A DNA stretch of 64,000 bases from Azolla caroliniana (lineage: Eukaryota > Plantae > Polypodiophyta): positions 16,120,001-16,184,000 of the forward strand of contig JBHGNT010000015.1 in NCBI GenBank assembly GCA_043228905.1. Reading direction: 5' to 3'. How positions within the stretch are numbered: position 1 is the first letter of the stretch; every line of letters starts with the position of its first letter. Positions 48,831-61,427 of the stretch are shown piece after piece. Under the pieces are notes generated by a model. That model saw only the letters and a list, made by a program, of their open reading frames with translations, was not told the DNA's origin and did no database searches. The position numbers and the translations under genes were made by a program.

Positions 48831-50624
48831 GAGGCATAAAAGGGGCCTATGACGAGAAACGGCAACATGAATGTCAATCAAATATCTCTTCTTGACACAC
48901 TCTTGATTTCTTGACCTCTCATCATCTTATTCTTCCATACCCTATACTAGCCACCCAATAATGGGACTAAGAGTTTTAGCCTGCATTTTATATTGTTACA
49001 AGTTTCCTACGATTATTGACGAGTATATTATTTTTTAATTGGGTTTGTATATTTGAAAAATATTTTGATTAGGTCTTATGTAATTATTGGTTGTTCAAGG
49101 ACCATTGACAATCTTCTACATCGTGAATTTAGTAACCAAGCATTGATCTACATGTAAATTCACATGAGGCAATTGCGTATCCCTCATGCATTGTTCTCTG
49201 ATGATAGTCATAAGATGTCAATCACTGAGATATGGTCAAATTACAATTTCTCGGATGATTGTTTGCTTAGCAATATGATTCTATTCACAAAAATAGTTTC
49301 GGCATCTGTGTATCACGACAATTAATAAGTTGTCAACCTACGTCATGCTCTTGCAACATTACAACAATTATTGGAAAGGTATCCAACTTCATCTATGCTA
49401 TGTGTGATTTGTTGCAAGTAAAACGCAGTTTAAGGGAAAAACAGGAGGCATGCTCGATGTTCTTTTACTATTGTAATGTTTCTCCTTGGTCGTAATGGCA
49501 AGATCGGACCAATAGGGATTTCTTCAATTAGTTTAAACGAAAAACTAGACCACTTTCTATAACTTCTTTGAAGCGGCTTGATCAATCCTATACATCAGAT
49601 GTCTTTGAGATACTAAGTATAGTCTCGGATTATTATCATAAGTTATTGTCTGTTGAATCTTTTACGATAGACAATTTTTACAAGCAACAAGTTGTTCTTG
49701 CAACTGTTGAACAAAAGGTTACAGATGTAATGGCCTCTCAGTTATTACAACCATTTACATCTCAGGAGGTTTTTGTTGCGGCTAAATCCTTAGGTAGGGA
49801 TGTATGTCTGAGAAAAGATGGAATAGGAATTGGCTTCAATTTGCATTATTGGGATTTTGTTGGTCCTCTCCTTACTAGAGAAGTTAATTTAATATTGTCA
49901 AATGGTAATATGCTTGCGGAATGGACAGAAGGAATCATATATATGATTTCTAAGTCGGATGCTCAGTGTGATGAAGTCTCCAAGTGGCGGCCAATAAAAC
50001 TGCTTAATGTCGTGTATAAGATTGTGGCAAAAACTATTGCTATTAGACTATGAGTTGTATTGCCGTCTATTATTCATGACACACAATCTAGTTTTCTACA
50101 AGATAGAAGTATTTTTGATAATATCTTTTTGTTATGGGAAATGGTTGCATTAGCTCAGCAAGATAAACAACAACTTGCAGTATTATTGCTTGACTTTGAG
50201 AAGGCATATGATAAAGTGGATTGGGACTTTCTTGAGGCAATGCTGTTAAGATTAGGTTTTCTTGCCGCATGGATAAAAGGTGTTTCCGTCCTTTATAGGC
50301 ATGCTTCTAGTTCAATTTTATTCGTTGGAGAAAATGGGCGTTTATTTCCTATCTCCAGGTCTATTAGGCAAGGATGCCTCTTGCCCCATTTCTTTTTACC
50401 TTGTTTGGGGAACCTTTTTCCTCCTACCTAAGATCGTCAACGATTGGTATCAAAGGCATATTATTACCTATTACACAGTCCACTGTAGTGGATGTTGAGT
50501 TTGCAGATGATACAACCCTCTATGTTGATGGGGAGATTGGTAATCTTGGTCGGGTACAAAATGCTTTGCAGGTTTTCTCAGATGCTACATGTGCGTCACT
50601 TACCTGGAATAAGTCAGTCGGCCT

Positions 50625-53600
50625 TGTTGGGAAATCGGTCCCTCCGGATGGGATCCGGTTATGAATGAAGAGGACCTGGTGAGAACTGGAAGAGATCCGG
50701 AAACTGGATCGGATGGACCCGGTGAGAACTGGAAGAGAAGACATATTTGTAAATATGTTTTGAGTAAGCCTATTGAGGCTATATTTGTAAATAGAACTAA
50801 GTTCATATAAGTATAGAGAAGACATATTTGTAAAAATGTTTTGAGTAAGCCTATTGAGGCTATATTTGTAAATAGAACTAAGTTCATATAAGTATAAATA
50901 TGACTTAGGGCAATCACTTATGTGTGTTATCATATTGTTGTATGTATAACTGTTGTATAGAGCGAGTGAGAGAGAGAGAGAGAGAGAGAGATACAGAATG
51001 GTTTCTATTGTAACCGCCGCTTGGCGAAGAAACAGAGCTCGAGGTCATTGCCTCTGAGCCTCTGAGTGTACCTTCTTTCTTCATAGTGTTAGTTCGGAGT
51101 CTGTGGGCTCCCATGGTTTTTCCCTATTAGGGTTTTCCACGTAAACATCCTGTGTACTCTCTATTGACTTGTGTGTGTATGAGTATTCATCTCGATTCCC
51201 ATTTTTGTGTTTGATCCTTAAACAAAGTGATTCAAGACTCGGTTGTGGCCGAGCAATATTCCGCGCTATTCTCATCAATCTGGTATTAGAGCAAACAACA
51301 CAGGAAATGGAAGAATCGTTCTACGGCATGTTCAAGCTCACCGGCTCCAACTACTTAGTGTGGAAGTTGAAGATGAGGGATATGTTGGTGGTTAAAGATC
51401 TTTGGTTGCCGGTTCAGTTCGGGGACAAGATACTGGATAAGATCGACGCCACAATGTGGGAGGTGATGCACATGAAGACGACGGCATACATCTAGTGCTT
51501 CATCGACATGAGCATGTACAACAACTTCAATGAAGAGAGCAAGGATTATGAACTCTATGAGAAGATCGGCATCATGTTCTAGAACAAGAATGTTGTTAAT
51601 CGGGTTTTGGTATTCCGGAAGCTAGTGAGGCTCCGGTACTAGGATGACTCCAGTATGGCGGAGCACATGAATGCCTTCCAGGGGCTAATACACCAAGCCA
51701 CCTTGTTGGAAGTACCTCTTGCAGATGAGGTACTCGCATTACACCTGCTCGGTTCTCTCCCGGATAGTTGGGAGACGCTAGTTGTCACGTTGGGCAATGC
51801 CGGGCCGGAAGGAAAGCAGTTGTCCCTAGCAAGGGTAAAATCAAGCTTGCTAGATGAAGAAGCTTGCCAAAAGGACCGGGAGTCTAGAACCGATCCGAAG
51901 GCCTTGGTCACGAAAGACGACCAAAACTAGGGAAGAAACTGAGACAAATCGGGGACGAGGTCGAAGTTAAGGGGGAGGCCTACCTACTTCTACTATGGGA
52001 AGCCGGGGCACTTCTAGAAGAACTATCGGCATTTCTAGAAAGAGAAAGGAACCGACAGTGCCGATTCGAAGAAGGGTTCGGATCGGAAGGGAACGTCGGC
52101 GATCGCGACAAGTGAAGAAGAACTAATGCTCATTACTGAGGAGAATGAGTTAAACCTTGTCGGTGACGAGACAACGTGGGTTGTCGATTCCGGAGCGTCG
52201 TTCCACCTGACACCGGATTGGAGATGCTTCTCATCCTACACAGCTGGTGATCATGGTTGTGTCCAGATGGGGAATGAAGGTACATGCCGAATTGTCGGCA
52301 TAGGAGATGTGTTGTTGACGACACCAACCGGATGCAAGTTGTTGTTGAAGGATTTCTGACACGTTTCGGAGGTTCGACTGAACCTGATATCAGTCGGTTG
52401 GCTAGAATATGAAGGCTACACGGGTAGCATCTGGAACGGAGTTATGAAGTTTAGCAAAGGGAGCCTAATAGTGGCACGAGCCCGGAAGGTCAACACGTTG
52501 TATTTGATGCATGCCCGGATATGCCGGGAAGAAGTGAACGTAGCACCCGACATTGCTGGTGAGCTGTGGTACAAAAGACTGTGTCACATGAGTGAGAAGG
52601 GGATGAAGAGGCTTGCCGAAGACAATCTTATTTCGGTGAAGGCCGGCAAACAAAACCGAACCTCCTTCCGGTCAAGACCATTGATGAGACGGAATGTACC
52701 ACTAGAGCTGGTGTATACCGATGTGTGTCAAGTGGACACGAAGTCACATGGCGTATCGCAGTACTTTGTGACATTCATAGACGACCACAACCGGAAGTTG
52801 TGGGTCGCACCACTGAAGACGAAGGATAAAGTGTTATCTATCTTCAAAGACCTCCACGCGAGAGTGGAAAGAGAAACCGACCGGAAGCTGAAGGTGGTTC
52901 AAGTAGATAACGGAGGAGAATACCGGGAGCAGTTCGAGGAGTATTGCCGGTCGAAGGGAATCCGGCTCGAATTTACCGTGTCGAAGATGGCGGAACTAAA
53001 TGGGCTGGCCGAAAGGATGAACCGGACCATAATGGAGAGAGTCTGGAGCATGCTCGCACATGCCAAGTTACCCAAGACGTTTTGGGCTGAGGCGTTGACG
53101 ACGACGAGCTATGTGATAAACAGATCACCCTTAGTACCCTTGGAAGGAGACTCACCTCAGAAAGTATGGACCGGTAAAGATGTATCTTACCAGCATCTGA
53201 AGGTGTTCGGGTGTCTCGCTTACGTGCATGTGGCGAAGGACAAGAGAGCAAAGCTGGATCCAAAGTCCCGACCATGCATATTCCTTGGATACGGCGATGA
53301 TGAGTTCGGTTACCGGGTGTGGGATCTGGTCGACAAGAAGGTGTTCCGGAGTCGAGACATAGTCTTCATGGAAGACATGACCATTGCCGACTGGGAGTCG
53401 GAGAAGAAGGTGATGAAATCCAGATCATCCAATGAAAACTGGTTTGAGGACACAAGGACCTACTCGGTTGAAAACCAGATGTTGGCCGACAACTAGAGGA
53501 CACTCAATGAACCGGCCGGATACGGACAAGAAACCGAATCGACCGAAGAAGAAGAAGAAGAAGACACTAGAACCGGACAAGATCCCGAATTGGATTTGGA

Positions 53601-55892
53601 TGAAGAACAAACAGAGGAACCGACAGTCAGAAACCAAGGACGAAGATATCCTCTCCGAGAGAGAAGAGCCCCCCGGAGATTTCCGGATGTAGAGCATGTG
53701 TTGCTAACCAATGAGGGGGAGTCGAAAAGCTTCGAAGAAGCATAGAGAGACACCCACAGCCGCAAGTGGTTGAGTGCCATGCAGGATGAGGTGGATTCCC
53801 TGCATGAGAACCACACATATGAACTGATGGAGTTGCCGAAAGGGAAGAGAGCACTCTGGAACAAGTGGGTGTACAAGCTGAAACCGGGAGATGCCGGAAA
53901 CCCGCCGAGATACAAAGCCCGAATTGTAGTGAAGGGTTTCCAACAGAAGAAGGGAGTAGACTTCGATAATATTTTTGCCCCGTTAGTAAAGATAACATCC
54001 ATCCGGATGGTATTGAGCATATCGGCAAGCATGGACCTCGAGGTAGAACAACTAGACGTCAAGACGACATTCCTACATGGCGACCTCGAAGTAGAGATCT
54101 ACATGCATCAACTAGAAGGATTTGATAAGAAAGGGAAGGAGCACTTGGCGTGCCGGCTAAAGAAGAGCTTATACGAACTGAAGCAAGCTCCCCAACAATG
54201 GTACCGGAAGTTCGGCTCCTTCATGACCGACCAAGGGTACCACAAGACGCAGGTTGATCACTACGTGTTTGTGAAGAAATTTGAAGAAGGAGATTTCCTT
54301 ATACTTCTCCTATATGTGGATGATATTTTGATTGTCGGACGAGACCAAGGCAAGATCCGGATGCTGAAGAAGGCTCTGAACCGGACCTTGTCAATGAAAG
54401 ACTTGGGCCCGACAAGACAGATATTGGGAATGCACATCATCCGGGACCGGTCGAAGAAGCTGTTATGGTTGTCACAGGAGAAGTACGTGACAAAGTTGCT
54501 TCAACGGTTCAACATGTTGGAGGCGAAGTCGGTTGGATTGACACTTCCAGCAAACTGCAAGCTATCTGGAAACAAAGTCCGAGGACAAAGGCGGAGAAGT
54601 CGGATATGATGAAGATACCATATGCCTTTTCCGTTGGTAGCTTGATGTACACGATGGTATGTACCCGACCGGATATAAGATATGTAGTCGGAGTGGTAAG
54701 CCGGTTCATAAGCAATCCCGGAAGAGAGCATTGGAACATGGTCAAGTGGATACTCCGGTATTTGAAAGGCACATTGAGTATGTGCCTCTGGTTCGGCTAT
54801 GGTAATCCCCAACTTGACGGATTCACGGATTCAGATATGTCGGTTGATGCGGATACGAGCTGGTCTACATCCGGATATGTCATGACTTATGCAGGGGGAG
54901 CAGTTTTGTGGTAGTCGTGGCTACAGATGACGGTTGCGCTGTTAACCACGGAGGCGGAGTACATGGCAGCTATAGAAGCCAACTAGGAGATAATTTGGAT
55001 GAAGGACTTCATTGGAGAGCTAGGAATCCAACAAGAGGAATACCGGCTCTACTGCGACAATCAAAGTGTCATCCATCTTGCAAAGAACGCGGCCTACCAT
55101 TCTCGGACGAAACATATCCAGCGAAGGTACCACTGGATTCGGGAGAGAGTAGAAGATCAAGAGTCCACACGAAGGAGAACGGGTCGGACATGCTGACCAA
55201 GGTGTTGACAACCGACAAGCTGGACGTGTGCCGAAAGCATATCAGGCTGGCGAGACATCCCATGCCGGAGTGAAGGGGGAGATTGTTGGGAAAACAGTCC
55301 CTCCGAATGGGAGCTGGATATAAATGAAGAGGACCCGGTGAGAACCAGAAGAGATCCGGAAACCGGATCGGGTGGACCCGGTGAGAACCGGAAGAGATCC
55401 GGAAATCGGATCGGATGGACTCGGTGAGAACCGGAAGAGAAGACATATTTGTAAATATGTTCTGAGTAAGCCTATTGAGGCTATATTTGTAAATAGCCCT
55501 AAGTTCATATAAGTATAAATATGACTTAGGGCAATCACTTAGGTGTGTTATCATATTGTTGTATGTATAACTGTTGTATAGAGCGAGTGATAGAGAGAGA
55601 GTGAGATACAGAATGGTTTTTGTTGTAACCGCTGCTTGGCGAAGAAACAAAGCTCGAGGTCATTGCCTTCGAGTCTCTGAGTGTACCCTCTTTCTTCATA
55701 GTGTTAGTTCGGAGTCTGTGGGCTCCCGTGGTTTTTCCCTATTAGGGTTTTCCACGTAAACATCCTGTGTACTCTCTATAGACTCGTGTGTGTACGAGTA
55801 TTCATCTCGATTCTCATTTCTGTGTTTCATCCTTAAACGAAGTGATTCAAGACTCGGTTGTGGCTGAACAATATTCCGCGCTATTCTCATTA
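50625..55892 (+). mobile_element. Copia element G (Tork/Tnt1-like, related to E), near full length and degenerate
   Basis: LTRs 50625-51277 and 55284-55892; perfect TSD GGCCT; PBS TGGTATTAGAGC at 51281; WVVDSGASFH, INT DNGGEY, RT YVDDI and RH YCDNQS; many C>T stops. Confidence 0.93.
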
Positions 55893-57934
55893 GGCCTTTG
55901 GGTGGGTGCAGAAACTCACCCTTCGTGGTATCCAGGTCCTACTTTCCGATGGCTTCATCATGGTGAACCAGTTCGATATTTGGGATGTATGGTTGGAATA
56001 GATTTAAGGCCGAAAGCAATGTTATCTCCGTTACTATTATCAATAAAATGTAAATTATTGTATTGGGATGCCCAACAATTGTTTTTTGAAGGTCGGGTTG
56101 TAGTAGCAAACACAATACTATTGGCATCAATATGGTTTATAGCATATGTGTGGCTATTTTTGAGATCAACAATAACGAAAGTGCAAAGCTTGATCTGTAA
56201 TTTCCTTTGGGGGGGGAAACATGGCTCTCCTACAATAGCCAAAGTTGCTTGGAATGTGTCGATTCAGCCTAAAATCATTGGAGGGTTGGGTTTGATAAAT
56301 CCTTTCATGTAGTCAAGAGCTCTCTTGACTAAGTTTGTGATCAGAGGATTGTTGCCAGGATCAGAAGGTTGGAAAGGAATATTTCTAAATCAATTAATGC
56401 AGTTAACTCGTAAGATAGGAGGAGTGTGGTCACCCTCTCTAAAGTTGTTGTTCTTGAATGATATGAAAATGCCAAGATGGAATCTTGCATCCAATAGATT
56501 TTTGTTAGGAATCATAAGAGCATGGGATGCGATTAAATCATTTTTGCTCAAGGACAAACCTTCTATGTGGGATGCATTACTTATCAGCCTATGCTTGCCA
56601 ATTCTCTATTTCGGGATAATGCAGGAAAAGTGTTGGGTCTACAAACTCACCTTGCCTAGGGTAATTGGATAATGGGCCAACTACATCAGTAAGAACTTGG
56701 ACTCAATTTCAGCAAATGTCACAAGAAGATCGTCTTGCACATCTACAATCCGTTCATGGTGCCAAGATAATGACTGCTACCATATCAATAGCATATTCTT
56801 CATTTTTTACAACCTTCCAACCCAAGCAAGAACATCTATGGTTTGGATGCTTCACAAATGATACATTGATGGTTGTTAAGGATGTTTCACCTAACGGGTG
56901 CGTTTCTTATTTTGAGGTCCTAGACAACAATAGATTGCAATTTTATACCTTTGATTGTAGTTATCTACATGACTTGCGAAGTGCACTAGTCAAAGTGGTT
57001 ACTAAAATTGGAAAGAAATGGATCCTTGATCCTTATCCTTCAATTACTCATATGTGTGATATCCCGTGGTTATACGCAAAAGATCCTATTGCAAGATTAA
57101 CATGGGATCCAAGGGGTTGGCTTTGGTCTCACTCCTTGGGGGAAAAGATTGTAAAAGTTCCCTTCTTTTAGTACTCAATAAAACTTGGAATATTATTATT
57201 GCTCCCTCGGAATGTAACGATACCAACAACTCAGAAACATTGGATCAACTGGGGTGTCTTAACTTTGCATTTGAGAACATATTGGAAATGGATCTGGTCA
57301 TTCAAGGGGCCAACTAAATTTATTCTCTTTCAATGGCTATTAGTGGATATGGCACTACCAGTTGTTCATTCATTGAAAGGGAATGTAGCACCCAATTTGC
57401 GGCAACGTGGCTTTTGCCATGAAGCTCAGGAGAATACCAAGCATGTCCTATGGTTTTGTCCCTTCACTCAAAAAGTATGGAATAAAGTCATGTCTTTATT
57501 CCTAACAATCAATGTTGGTTGCCTATTCTCATGGGGATCAACAATGTGGGGAGTGTTACATTCCAACTTGATGTTGTATGAGGCAAATGATGTTCATGAG
57601 GAAATGACAGTACATAATAGAAGATTGATATTAGTTAGTCCCTTTCAACAACCTCAAAAGCAGGTGCCATTTGTCCAGATTTGGAAAACAGTTACCATAG
57701 TAATGTTATGGGCATTATGGAAATATCGATGTAACCGACTTTATGATGCAACACACATTCATCTCTCAAATGTGTTGCTTGAGATATGGGAGAATTTGCT
57801 AGTAGTAGTCCGTGGCCAATATGATAATATGCAGGGTTCCCCAGACACTATGAACAAGAGAAGGAAAAAACTTCTTCACTTATGGAAAAAGTTGCCCCTG
57901 TTTACAATGTTAACTCAAGAGCCTCAATGGCACT

Positions 57935-58646
57935 TGTTAGGAAACAGGTCCCTCCGGATGGGAAGTGAGAAGAACCGTGTTGATGAGCAACTCGGCCGAA
58001 TCCGGATGTGGAGTACCCGGCAACAGAAGACCCGGTGAGAACCGGATGTGGGGTACCCAACAACGGAAGACCCGATGAGAACCGGATGTGGTGTACCCGG
58101 CAACGGAAGACCCGGTGAGAACCGGATGTGGAGTACCCGGCAACGGAAGACCCTGTGAGAACCGGATGTTGCAGGCCCGGTGAGAACCTCTCATCGGATG
58201 GAAGGGACATATATGTAAATATGTTCCAGAGAGCCCACTGGGGCTATATTTGTAAATAGCCCGAAAGTCATATTAGTATAAATATGACCTAGGGCAAACT
58301 TAATAACTATGATAGAGTTATTGGTGTAACCTCTGTACAGTGCGTAAGAGAGAGAGAGAGAGCGACATATAGAGATTGTGTCTCTATTGTAACCGCCGCA
58401 AGGCGAAGATTGTGAGCAAGAGGTCGTTGCCTCTATGCTCCCTGTTGTATTACTTTACATAGTGATAGTTTGGAGTTTGTGGACTCTCGTGGTTTTTCCC
58501 TCTCAGGGTTTTCCACGTTAATATCCTGTGTATTCTCTTTTGTTTGTTCGTGCACTTACCTCCATTCCCATTTCTTCTGTGTTCGATTGTATCAAGTGAT
58601 TTACCCTTCGGTTGTCGCCAGAGATTATTCCGCGTATTCCACGACA
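57935..58646 (+). mobile_element. Solo LTR of the E family (712 bp; four 40-bp U3 repeats)
   Basis: TGTTAGGAAAC...CCACGACA; TSD GCACT/ACACT. Confidence 0.92.
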
Positions 58647-58988
58647 ACACTATCGACTTTCACAAACTCTTTCTTGAATATCAGCAAATGACAACTCCTA
58701 CAAAGTTCGATATTTGGTCCTAAGATTATTTTACATTATTGTATAGGCAAAGTTGTAACCTCCTAGGCAGCTAGGTTCAAGTTGTAGCCTTCGGGCTTTT
58801 TTTCTTAATACTATTGAAGAAAATCTTTAAAAAAAACAAACAAAATCACTTGAGGCAAAGTTCAACTCTATACACTCAAATGTTGGTTGTGCGAGCATCT
58901 AGGATATTCCGTAAAAATTGTGATGAAACTTTTGGATCAACAATTGGAGCATCTGTAAAGAAGTTACAAGCAATTGTTTTTGAACGAT

Positions 58989-59050
58989 GGGAATTGAACC
59001 CCTGACACTAAGTTTCAAGGAACCCAATGACCAACCAATTGGGTTGCACC
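58989..59050 (-). mobile_element. tRNA-derived (SINE-like) head
   Basis: Minus strand has CAATTGGTTGG (A-box-like) and GGTTCAATTCCC (B box). Confidence 0.45.
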
Positions 59051-59879
59051 CAAGGATAATGAGAATTGATTCTAACTACAATTTCATAAAGGAATTTAAG
59101 TAGACCACACAAGGATGAAGAATTCGAGTCAAGCAATGAACACTCAAGAGTGTACAAACATCAGAACAAATGATCAACTCAACTATGGTACTCGACAAGG
59201 ATGAAACAAGTGAAGAGCCCCTAATTGAAGAGTACATGGAAACTTAGTGCTCAAGGTTGAATGTTTGAGTCGTGTGTGAACACACAACTCCCAACCCTCC
59301 AAGGGTCGGAGGTTACAAACAAAGCCTTTGAACTTGCAGGCAAGAGTATCACTCAATGAATGAACTCACAACCCTGAACGATGCAAAGCCTTTGAGTGCT
59401 CGGTGGTTGAATTGACCCCAAACCAACCCTTGAGGGTGAGAATTCAAGCTTGCAACATTTGAACTCTCAACCCTACAAGTAGGAAGGGAAAGGAGCATGC
59501 ACTCAACGAAAACCTTTGAACTTTAGCTCCGGCTACCCACTCAAGGTTTGAGCCTCAACTATAGCGCTCTTGCCCTACACAACCATTTACACACAAACAC
59601 TTATAAAAATTTACCTTTTCACCTCTTAACCCTGAACACATGCATACATTTACATAATTGTACACAAACACACATACACATACATATATATATATATATA
59701 GATGACATATTCGTATTCATGGGGGTTATCAAACAAATGCATGAAAAAATATTCGTTAAAAAAAAAAAGAGTTCATAAAGTCCCTGCTTTTTAGTTTCTT
59801 AGATATATCATATAAGTTATAACTTATAACAAATAGGACATTGATGATAAAAAGGGGATATTTTGCTTCACATTAAAAA

Positions 59880-60375
59880 TGAGACTAACTAATAGTATTT
59901 TCATAATAGATGTAGAACTTAAAAGTATTTGTTTTACTTTTTAATAAAACAATAAATAAATAAAAGGCTCATTAATTCCCCACATATTTTTATAATAGAT
60001 ATAAAACTTAAAGTATTTGTTTTACTTTTTAATAAAACAATAAATAAATAAATAAAAAGTAAATAAATTAAATAAATAAAAGGTTCATTGATTCCCCACT
60101 TTTTATTCTCCCACAAAATTGATATTTTTATTTGGCATTAAAAAGGGGACCTCACACTAATAATATTTTTATAAGAGATGTAAAACTTAAAAGTATTTGT
60201 TTTATTTTTAATAAATAAATAAATAACAAAATAAATAAATAAAAGGTTCTTTAATCTCCCACTTTTTACCCTTCACAAAATTTGATATTTTTATCAGACA
60301 TTAAAGAGGGGAGTAATAATATTTTTATAATAGATGTAAAAATATTTGGTTTTTGTAAATAATAAATAAATAAAC
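59880..60375. repeat. AT-rich diverged tandem repeats (about 4 units), possibly the subterminal region of a DNA transposon
   Basis: Recurring ATAATAGATGTAAAACTTAAAAGTATTTGTTTTA...AATAAATAAAAGG-TC...TCCCCAC blocks. Confidence 0.7.
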
Positions 60376-61427
60376 GAATGGTTCTGTAATATTCTTAGGA
60401 TAAGTTTGTATTCTCGAATATTACGAATGGAGAATACCACGAATACCACACATGGGTCAATCTATACATATAAACCTGCATGTTGCAGAAAAACATTTGT
60501 ATGATCTATCTAAAACAGAACCAGAGATTAGACATAATAAACAAAACTAGATATTAATACTAGAGACACAAAAACAAAAATTTACACTACATTTTCAATG
60601 CTTTTTGAAGAAAGATTAGACATAAATGACGCAATGCAACTAGAGACTTTGGATCATAATAATAAACAGAGATTTACACCTCATTTCTGAAAATTACTAA
60701 TATGTGGAGAAATATGAGATATAGCATAAAAAACTAAAGGTTTTTTGGAATGATCACAAATAGCCTGAAATCCTACAACTTATGAATAACAATATATATA
60801 ATAGAGTTCAATTGAAGCATTTCTGAAATCCCTTTAACAAGTATGCATTAAGTTTGTATCCATAGTAAAAGAAAAATGTGAATAGTAAAAGAGAAATGTG
60901 AAGTGGATACATTAGATATCCTACTCACTCTCCCATTCATTATTAGATTGTTCCAAACTTTTAAGTGTATTGCCATAAAACCTTTATGTAGACGGATGTT
61001 ACTCTTTTGGTTTCTAATATTTACTTTAACTTTGATTTAGGGATTCCTAAAAGAATAAAATACATAAAAGAAGTGAGTGTAATTAGTAACAAAAAAATAC
61101 AAAATCAAATAGAAAACAAAATAGCAAAAAGCACGCAGTAAAAATTACAATGTCTTCGAGGATCTCCAATTGCAACTTGCATTGTCATTAACTTGTGAAG
61201 AATCAACATGATTCTTGTATATATAAAATACATAAAACAAGTAATTAGTAATAACAATAATAATTAACGCCTCAAATAAAAAACAAAATAGTAAAAAGTA
61301 TGCTAATTATCACGTAATATGTAATCTATTACCTTGTCTTCACCAATAAGATCATCAAAATTCATTTTAGCTATTCATAAGTATTGTGAAAATTATATGT
61401 CAATAGGACATCAGATTCTTGTAAAAC

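Larger units (their letters stand above)
48850..58845 (+). mobile_element. L1-type LINE ORF2 pseudogene, interrupted by G (50625-55892) and a solo LTR (57935-58646)
   Basis: WRPIKLLNVVYKIVAK, LLDFEKAYDKVDW, IRQGC, EFADDT, RYLG, NFLWGG and a zf-RVT-like CHEAQENTKHVLWFC. The frame is continuous across the G TSD. A-rich tail at about 58829-58844; the 5' boundary is uncertain. Confidence 0.88.
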
